A stretch of DNA of 55,321 nt from Catajapyx aquilonaris. Taxonomy: Eukaryota. Every line of letters begins with the position of its first letter. Within the stretch, counting starts at the first letter, position 1. The translations under genes were made by a program, and so were the position numbers. The notes under the pieces were generated by a model. The model was given only the letters and a program-made list of their open reading frames with translations, was not told the DNA's origin and did not search any database. Below, piece after piece: positions 46,368 through 55,321 of the stretch. The DNA lies in the NCBI GenBank assembly GCA_000934665.2, contig JYFJ02002529.1:1-55321 (forward strand), read 5' to 3'.

Positions 46368-49300
46368 CTATGGATGAGGATATGATGTTGGGATCTCGAA
46401 GACTCGCTTTCTGGAGGCAACTACCCCTCTCAGCGGGCTCTTTGAAGAGGTAGGTATGGGATCGTTGGAGATGGAAGGAGGGGAATGAGGGAGGTGTACA
46501 TCCCCCACTTCCATTCCCCCCTGGGCACATTGAGGGGGAAACTGGGGTGGGGGAGCTGACGATAAAAAAGATGTGAAGCCACTCAGACGGGGGCAACTTG
46601 GAGAACGCACCAGTTCTAATGTAAAAAATCAATAAATAAATAAAAGAATTTCAATAAACATTTGCAGATACAATCTACAAAATGATGCACTACTGAAGTC
46701 CCCAGTCCTAGGTGACAGATGAAAATATTATGGATCGATTATTCCAGAAATTAGTTAAAGAGCAGCAACAATCTTGACCGTTGCTGCCAACAAAATTCTT
46801 CTCTTTAAAATAGTTGTGACAGTTAAACAGTTCATAACTTATTCCCCTGGCCTTCCTTTGAACTCAGAACTTGCAGTGCACTACCTTGCATAACGTTAAT
46901 AGTATGGATTAAGCTATAATTTGCAAGATATAACTGATAATGGTGATGAGTAAGTACCACTCTCATGTAATGCTACGGCTGGCACATGAATAATTCGAAA
47001 TTAAATCATATATTGTACAGATATCCAATTCCTAACAAGTACTCTTCATTGCATCCACTGCATTGCATTCATGCAAACTGCACCTGCATGGTGCATGCAG
47101 ATGCACAATTGATATGACACCAAATCCAACTGAGTATAACAGAGGATTCAGGTACCTGGCCTTTCTCTCCGAGACTTATTCTCATGAGAAATGCATTAAA
47201 TTCTTCATGCCTACCTTTTCCTGTCAGCTGCAAATTATGAATTGCTGCATCTTCATATGATTCAGATGTCCTTAGCAACCTTTGACCTGTTGGAGCTCCA
47301 TTCCCACCACCTGCTGAAAGTGAGATGAATATGTAGAGCAGTGGACTGAGTAAAAAATTTGCAGTGAGCAGAGCATCTGAGAAATTTGCACCATATGATT
47401 GCACCAATGGATATGATCTCATTTATGAAAACATGCATACAAAAACAGAAACAATAATAAAAATAATCAAGAATTGTCCACACATGTGCAAAATCCTTGG
47501 ATGATGGCAGATTAAAGTTTCACGAAGAAATTATTTTCAAGGAATACCTTGTGACTTTGAGCTGGTGAGTACAATATGTTCCAGTCGACCTCTCAGGGAG
47601 CTGACCTCATCTGATCTGAGTTGTCGTTCTGCCCTGAGATACTGTCCCAGCTGCCTGCACAAGGTGCTTAATTCTTCTTCGTGCTGTTGAGTGGATTCAG
47701 ATTTGCATTGGCTGGCATCAATATATTCACAGATCAAAGGCAGATTCTCCCTTTGATTCTCATAACAAAAACTGTTCAAAACTTACATGGTGGGCTTCTT
47801 CCAATTGTGCTTGCAGGTGGGCGACCTCCTCTTCCCTGTCAGCTAGCTGCAGCTCCTTTCGCTGCAACCGCTTGTCCATCTCAGATGGATTCAATTCCTG
47901 CAGTTGTGCAATCTCAGAAGCAAGATGTGCTCTCAGCTGCTTGTTTCTGAAAACAAAACATGTAATGTATTCAGGATTATCCTCTTGACTAATAAGTTAA
48001 TTCAGTGCAATGTATTTATAGATTGCATCTATTTAAGGTCTGTTTACCTTCCCCCATTTCCAATGAACAGACATGCATTTCCATTCCTCTTCCCAGGAAG
48101 AGAAACAATCCCTCTCAAAATTGATTTTGCAGTGAGACATGATAGTTTTTTTTGTGTAAGTTGTGCCTAATTACTTGTACGAGGGTTGATTCATAAGTCA
48201 TGGCGGGTATTTTTTAATTCAAAAACAGTAACACATACAGAGATGACCCTTGCTGAGTTTTGAAGATCCAGCGATTACAATTTTATCTGTCATATTATGT
48301 CGCCCATATCGCGAGGGGGGTGGGGAAACAAAGGGGGAATGTGCCCCCCCCCCCCACACATATATGCTGGATAAAATTGTAAACTCAGCAAAGGTCATCT
48401 CTGTATGTGTTACCGTTTTTGAATAAAAAAATACGCGCCATGACTCTTATGAATCAAGCCTCGTACATTATATGAAAAAGTAAAACTCAGTTTTTGCCTA
48501 ATTAGACCCCCACCAAGAAATCAGAACTTGTCAATCATTATTTTGCAATTTTGAAAAGTTTCATATGGCCACATAATGGGTATGTAACATGTACAGCAAG
48601 ATTTATTTAAAAATAACTCCACTTACTCCTTTGATACTCTGAGATTTGGTTGAACTAACAAGTAACAATGATGTAATGTGACAGACTAATGCTAACCTTG
48701 CCTCCAACTGGAATGAATGCTTGTGGGCCTGAGCCAACCTCGCAGCCATGCCTCTGGCCTGCTCCTCCAAGGATGCTGACTCCAAACACTTGAGGGAATA
48801 CTTATCTGATAAGGATAAAATCTCTCTCTTTATATCCTCAACTTGTGCCTCATGCTCTTTATGCAAGGTGCCCAAGTGGTGGGCAGACTCAGTCTGATGT
48901 AAAAATTCAGCCTTGAACTTAGCCACTTCCCTCTGAACCTCTGCCTGATGTGCTTTCCTCATTGCATCTAATGCTGCCAATGTTGCTTGAGCTTCTTCTG
49001 CTAGGGCCTGTTCTTTTTCAGTCTGCAGTTGTTCCAACTCTCTCCTGTGCTTCTCCTCTAGTTCCTCCAGAAGGCGGCGGTGTGAATTCTCCATAGCTAC
49101 CAATCCCTTTTCACATAAGGCTCTAAGTTGCTCTATTTCAGCACCATAACGTCGCCGGACACTTTCTTCGTCGACAGTGTCACGTTCCAGTTCTAAGCGA
49201 CGTTCGTATTCAGAACCAAGTGACTCCATCTGCTGAGAGTACTCGTGCTCTAGAGAGGCCAAACGACGTCGAAGCTGTGCTGATTCACTCTCAGCTGACT

Positions 49301-52300
49301 CAAGCTTGCGTCTTCCTTCATGTAATGCTGCTTCCAGTTCTTTTTGAGCATTCTCTGTATTATGAGGTGATGGATGTTGCTCCCCTTCATATTTAGACTC
49401 CATATCCTCCAAATATGTGCACATCATGTGTAGCACTTGCGTATCTTGATCATCAGATGGTGCAACCCACACAGCAGATCCAGCACCACCAAGAGCTTGC
49501 AATTGGGCATCAAGTAAGGCTTTCAGTGCTACTGCTTCAGCAAGTTCACCAACAAGAGACTCAACATCACCATCACCAAAGGTTTGAGGACGCTGGGTGG
49601 TGTCAGTGCAGCGCTGAAGTGCAAGTTCATAAGCTTGGCCCATCTCAGAGGCAGCTTCTTCCAAGCGGCAACGCAAAAGATCTTCACTCAACTCATACCA
49701 ACGTTCAATGCACACCTGAAATGGCCAATGGAGAAATACAAATACTATTATGCTTTTCCATGGATTGGATTGGTGCAGAGTTGCAATTTTGATGAATCAT
49801 GAGTCATGGCTGCCTGAATCTCTTCACCACACTGAAATTCTGAATTTTCAACAGCACAAGTGTTGCTGTGCATCAGGTAATGTAAGCTTGGTAATTATAG
49901 AGACTGATACCAAGTAGCACCTGAAATTTGACTCAAACTTAAGGCCTGTTTCCACCGGCAGAATATTTATTCCAGATGGACAAAATTACATTGCCAGAAC
50001 AATATTTTGTTGCTAGGCTATTAATACGTGGGTTGTTTCATAAGTCATGGCGCGTATTTTTTAAATTCAAAAACGGTAACACATACAGAGATAACCTTTG
50101 CTGAGTTTTGAAGCTCCGTCGATTACAATTTTATCTGGCATATAGATGTCACCCATATTGCAAGGGAGGTGGGGAAACGAAGGGGGAATGTGACCCCCCC
50201 CCCTCCCCCCCCCCCCACACCATCACCCAAGACAGGCCGAGCCTGACACACTTGGAGCTGTTGGACGTTGCATGCTGGACACTCGGCAATGGACAACACA
50301 GGAGATTGCTTTCGAGTATGGAACAAGTCAGACCACTATGCTTAGGACTCGGAAAGACTCTAAGGTCTCAGGAAGTTGGCATCCTCACGGGTTCAACTCC
50401 ATCTCTTTGAGGTGCACAAGTGCCACCATTTTGCCCTCGCTTGGAACTCTATCTCATTGAGGGGGATGGTTTTTAAAAACTGTTTGTGGCGATGGATGAC
50501 ACGTGCCTCTGGTCATAGTGCTCTGACTTCTTGTCCCACACTCGAAAGCAAGCTCCTGTGTTGTCCATCTCTGAGTGTCCAGCATGCAGCGTCCAACAGC
50601 TCCAAGTGCATCAGGCTCGGGACGTCTTAGAGCGATGGTGCGGTCACATTCCCTCCTTGTTTCCCCACCCCCCACGCAATATGGGCAACATCTATATGCC
50701 AGATAAAATTGTAAACTCAGCTAAGGTCATCTCTGTATGTGTTACCGTATTTGAATAAAAAAATACGCGCCATGATTTATGAAATAACGCTCGTAATAAA
50801 GTAACAAAGTAATAATAATAAAGTTTGTTTGATTGTGTGCTCCATTTTTGTGCTTTTCTTTTTGTGCTCGAAAATTATGCCGGTGGAAACAGGCCTTCAG
50901 TTCGAGTCAAATTTCAGGTGCTACTTAGTATCAGTCTCTATAATTACCAGTGTTTTGATAAAGGTTGACAAGTCATGTTGAGCAGCTACAAGTATAATTC
51001 CAAGAAATAAAATTATGAACTGTGACTGACCTGCTGGGAAGCAGCCAGAAACATATGCTGGGTCCTCTCCCATCCTAAACTCCTCTCATAGCTCTGTGTC
51101 AGCCTCAGCAGCAAGTGGGACATTTCAGCCTGCACCAGTTCTTGGCTTACCATCTCTTGAGCAGCTCTCCAGGCCTCCCTTACACATGCCTCCTCTCCAA
51201 TTTCTCTTCCCTCCCCTCCTCCACTTCCACCCCACCCTCCAACTCTGAATGTCTCTTCTGCCAGTAGTTCTCCGATCTCCCTGGTCTTCTGTGCTTGGAA
51301 CTCACGCAGCCTACTCTCAAGTTGGCGATGTCTGGATTTTAACTCTGACAGCCATGGCTCCTCTGTAGAGTTGGAGTTTGTTTGGTTCACACCTAGGGCA
51401 GAAGTAAAATGCATGTGTAGTATCACAAAAAAATCAATCATTCAATACTTGTGATGTACCTCTGGTATGGGATATCTTAACACATTCTATGTCCTATCCA
51501 GGAAACTGTTCCTTATAAGTTTTCAAATTTTTTTGTTGCTTTTCACAGGTTACACTTTCGGAAGGGTGTGTGATAACAGTCATTCACATGGGAAATTGGG
51601 CCAGTGAACAAGTAAGTTCTGATAATGTTTGTATAATAAATGTTATTCAAATAATTAACAATGAGAAACTTGATTGAAAGACAATCCTTCTGCATAACTT
51701 TCTTTGTCACTTGAATAACCCTTATACTTCATACCTGGCAGAACTTTGGGTGCAGCCAAGACAGTCATCCACATGTGAGTCGCCAGTTCCGTGTTGGTAA
51801 GCAGCTGGCGAGCTTCCTCCTTCACAAACTCATCCAATGAGGGGAATGGTTCCTGAATTTCACAACTCCCTCTCAATCTGGCCTCCAGTGTTCTCAATAA
51901 CCTATGGGTTTTCTTTGCTTGCCACCTTATTGTCTCTGGTGGAAGTCCTCTTTCTCCACCATTCTTTGAAGAATTGACAGCCAGGGCCATCTGTCTTACT
52001 ACACTAGCCTCAAAGGCCAATTTTTCAGCCCTAAGGCGGGACCAGACTTCAGGATTTGAGCAACCAGATAAACGCAACTCCTCTCTTCTTGACCTCAGTT
52101 CCTCTAGCTTGGTAGCAACAATTTCTCTCAACCAGGGGGCAATTTCTCTCAGAGTCTCCTCCACTCCTGTTGCAATGTTACTGGAAACTGGCCTGCACCA
52201 AGAAAACATTCCAGTTAGTGAAAACCATCTATCCCCTGAATAATTACACGGTTATGATAGGAGATAAGAGTCTCTTAAATTGAATGACCCATTTATCAGT

Positions 52301-55010
52301 GCCACAGATTAAATACTGCTAGTCCATTTACTGACCCCAATTTACACTCAATGGCTGGACTCCCAAAATTGCACATGAAGCATTTCCTGAGTCAATATTG
52401 GCTTACCTGACACAAAGAATGCCACTCAAATTATTGAGGGCAGCCTGCATTCCAGGAAGGTTTGAGGCTTGGTTGTAGCACTCCTGCAAGGCTTCCTGAA
52501 GTTTATCAACTTTGAAGTCATTTTTTGCTGGAGTGGTTGGAGCTTGACTCTTGGCTTGATTCTCCTCTAGTGACATGGAAGTCACACGGCTCTCAAGGGC
52601 ACTCAAGCGTATCAGCACCTGGATTGAAGTCAATAATGTAACTTAACACTTGTGGAGAAGTAATTCATATGATGAGGAAGTATCCCAACACATAGTACCT
52701 TTTAAACAGTCTGAGTACTTTAAAACACATTACCAATGACATTTATTTTGTAGTCAAGGCACTCCATTCACCTCTGATTGGAGGAAGTAATAGACTATAA
52801 TGTTGTGGGACAAACTTGGCATATAACTAACTCGCAACCAACCTTCATGGGCTCTGGACTGGTAGCACTGTCAAGGCTCTTTCGCCGTAGCCTCCTTCCT
52901 CCACTGGACAATGAGCTAGACCCTTCTTCCAGGCTTCGTCCTCTCTTAGTGGCTCCTCTTACTGAAGATACTGGAGATGATGGCTCTTCAACTTGGACAA
53001 CTTCCACACTCTTCCCTCTAAGTACTTGCTCTACTTTGGCCTCTAACTCCGTCAACTTAGCCTCCACCTCCTTCCCAAGCTGCATTGACTCTCTTCCTTT
53101 AAGTGACTGGGCAGGGGGAAAGGAGATACAAGAATTGCATTTAAAAATCTCCAACACAAAGGGCCACAGGAAGTAAAATGCTCATATCTGCAGGCATATG
53201 GAAATGCAGGTGTTGAATAAAAGGCAGGCACTTTGGATAGAATTCAGACAGTCCACATTACATTTGGAAATGCTTAAGCACTAATGGTCATCTGGTCATG
53301 CTCAAGTCATGCTCAAGCCCCCATTGCGTCATCATACATGTTGTTGTGGCTGTTGCCATTGGCACTGATTATTGTTGCGAATATTGTCAACTGTGATTGT
53401 TGAGAAATAAACAACGATTTCAGTCTGGCAATTGTCGACTGGCCACAGATACAAGCTGAAATCGTTGTTTATTTCTCAACAATCACAGTTGACAATATTC
53501 GCAACAATAATCAGTGCCAATGGCAACAGCCACAACAACATGTATGATGACGCAATGGGGGCCTCAAGGCGGATGTGATTACTATACCCCCAAGCTGCAC
53601 CATGGCACCATGGCCACCATGGCCACCATGGCCACCATTGCCACCATGGCAAGGTCAGTTTACTTGCCATGTTCTTGAAGGAAGTTGCTGTAGCTTTCTT
53701 TCAGACCTGAGTTCTTTCCTCCCCTCAAGGCAGAAATGTACAGACTCGAGATTTACAATGTGAAATGATCAGTATCATTGGTTGAGCCAACCATACCTGT
53801 GTTCGCCTCCTTTCTCTTGACTCAGAGAGAGAGAGAAAGGACAAGGTTTTGGAGAAGATAGGGGAGGGGGTTGTGTAGACTGGACCGAGGGAAGATGATG
53901 AAAAAAAAAAAAAAGGGACAGGGGAAGCGGGCAGACAGGGGAGGTGTGGTGGAAGAGATGAAGCGAGGGAGAAGAAAGATATGTATAGTATTGTAGTATT
54001 GTACTGTATTCTAGTGTAGTAGTGTATTATATTATTGTATTATGTTCGCAACAAAATTTTTGTAGAGGGTCGGCCAAGCGGCACGAGCCGCAGACCGACC
54101 CTGGAATAAATAAACGCCTACAAACAAACAAACACTAATGGTCATCTTTGAATCAGCGGGTAGTTTCATTTGTGTAGGTGGCATCACATGAATAATTTAA
54201 ATAACGTGTCAAAATTTCAACAACCTCTGAATTCCATCCTTTACATTTCAGTGTCAATTACATTGACAAAAAGTATCAATCCTCTGTATCTCTTAGGGGT
54301 GGGGTATCATCAACATGCTTCATTCTGGTTTTCATAATCCTAGATTTGCAGGATGTTGTACAACAACCATCTCGGATAAGCAAGACCTAATGTTTTGAGA
54401 ACTACAGTACCATATCAACCATCATTGCTACCAGTGATCGAACATACTTTTGTCATTACTCTGCTAGTCTTGTGCATAGACGCAACTAGTGTAGGTGGCC
54501 AAAACCTGAGGTTCTAGGGAGGACTTGTAATGGCCCTTAGTTTTATAAGCATGGCAAGGTCAGTTTACTTGCCATGTTCTTGAAGGAAGTTGCTGTAGCT
54601 TTCTTTCAGACCTGAGTTCTTTCCTCCCCTCAAGGCAGAAATGTACAGACTCGAGATTTACAATGTGAAATGATCAGTATCATTGGTTGAGCCAACCATA
54701 CCTGTGTTCGCCTCCTTTCTCTTGACTCAGCTTTTCCAAGCCTGCTCCTCAGCTGCCTTGTCTGCTTCTCAGCTGCTGCCAGTTTTCCAGTGAGATCCTC
54801 CACTCTGGCCACCGTGAGAGCCAGCAATGCTTCGTTATCTTTTCGCTCAGAACATGATTCCTGCCTCAACTTCACCAGGGACAGTTCCATATCATCACAA
54901 CTACTTTGACACCTACGTAATTCCGTTCTGAGGGCACGAATCTCCCGAACAGCCTTCTCAAAACGACCCCTTAGCTCCTCGAACTCACACTCAAGCCTCT
55001 CACGATCCAA
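46368..55010 (-). CDS. osp: Outspread / MPRIP-TRIOBP-like coiled-coil actin-associated protein, 3' part (5' exons outside the window)
   Basis: Exons 55010-54702, 53106-52843, 52618-52407, 52192-51735, 51392-51031, 49715-48697, 47946-47787, 47683-47548, 47313/47310-47215, 46615-46368. Motifs CEKGLVAMENSHRR, ALAEEAQATLAALDAMRKAH, LSDKYSLKCLE, RRKSLDS, RSPSCPRL. Confidence 0.85.
48180..48463. mobile_element. Mariner-type MITE, short relative of 50027-50793
   Basis: TA|CGAGGGTTGATTCATAAGTCATGGCG ... CGCCATGACTCTTATGAATCAAGCCTCG|TA. Confidence 0.9.
49942..50896. mobile_element. PIF/Harbinger-like MITE hosting a mariner MITE
   Basis: TIRs AGGCCTGTTTCCACCGGCA / TGCCGGTGGAAACAGGCCT; flanks TTA / TCA. 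Confidence 0.8.
50027..50793. mobile_element. Mariner-derived fold-back element made of two 5' ends
   Basis: TA TSD; TIR family shared with 48180-48463; both arms carry an HTH-like relic (WTTQEIAFEYGTS on +, WTTQELAFECGT on -). Confidence 0.88.
53317..53562. repeat. Perfect 107-bp inverted repeat with 32-bp spacer
   Basis: 53317-53423 is the exact reverse complement of 53456-53562. Confidence 0.95.
53645..53825. repeat. 181-bp direct copy of 54550-54730 (osp exon end, donor and intron)
   Basis: Identical by visual alignment, CATGGCAAGG...CTTGACTCAG. Confidence 0.95.
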
Positions 55011-55152
55011 CTGGAATATCAAAAAAGCATGCCCATAATTTCTCATAATAATAACACATTCATGAAAGGGTACTGTATACATGTATCTGATTGGGTCCAT
55101 CATGTCACAATGCAAATCTTTTGTAAAGGAAAGAGCTTGACAAGGCTCTATA

Positions 55153-55321
55153 CAGGGTGCTCAAAAACTCGCGGAAAGTCGCCAGGTAGCCTGATAGGAC
55201 TCGCAAAACTAATATAGGGACGTAGAAGTAGTTTTGGGCTAACTTGCATAGTTTTTGCGTACGACGCCTTTAAGATTTCGGGAGTTTCATGACGTCACAT
55301 CCGCCTTGAGGCCCCCATTGC
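55153..55321. mobile_element. Tc1/mariner-type MITE, cut by the window end
   Basis: TA|CAGGGTGCTCAAAAA start; its last 27 nt are the reverse complement of 53552-53578. Confidence 0.6.

Larger units (their letters stand above)
53294..54132 (+). mobile_element. Composite retro-insertion: truncated LINE 3' end plus locally templated segments
   Basis: 15-bp direct repeat CACTAATGGTCATCT at 53279-53293 and 54133-54147; 3' stem-loop 54066-54102, AATAAA and (ACAA)n tail. Confidence 0.8.

Noticed and set aside
53476..53763. PWWPWW / PWPPWP ORFs
   Set aside because: Translation of the 9-bp stutter in the composite insertion.

Overview
Eukaryotic genomic DNA, most likely an insect or other arthropod: GT-AG introns, DRE motifs, insect-type MITEs and SINEs, and an ERCC6 gene, which Drosophila lacks. 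Six spliced genes can be rebuilt with consistent intron phases: a TMC channel (+), G-alpha 12/13 concertina (-), GCNA SprT protease (-), ERCC6/CSB (+), Smurf HECT ligase (-) and the 3' part of outspread (MPRIP/TRIOBP-like, -). Introns and intergenic DNA are full of MITEs, SINEs and LINE tails, several nested. Most interesting observations: (1) a short ORF-less element at ~19950-20216 whose head folds into an HDV-like ribozyme topology and whose tail looks LINE-derived; (2) an ~840-bp insertion in an osp intron, bounded by a 15-bp duplication, built from a LINE tail plus locally templated pieces, which copies a splice donor and may create an in-frame micro-exon; (3) head-to-head GCNA and CSB, both linked to DNA-protein crosslink repair. 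All calls come from manual reading; no searches or folding were run.
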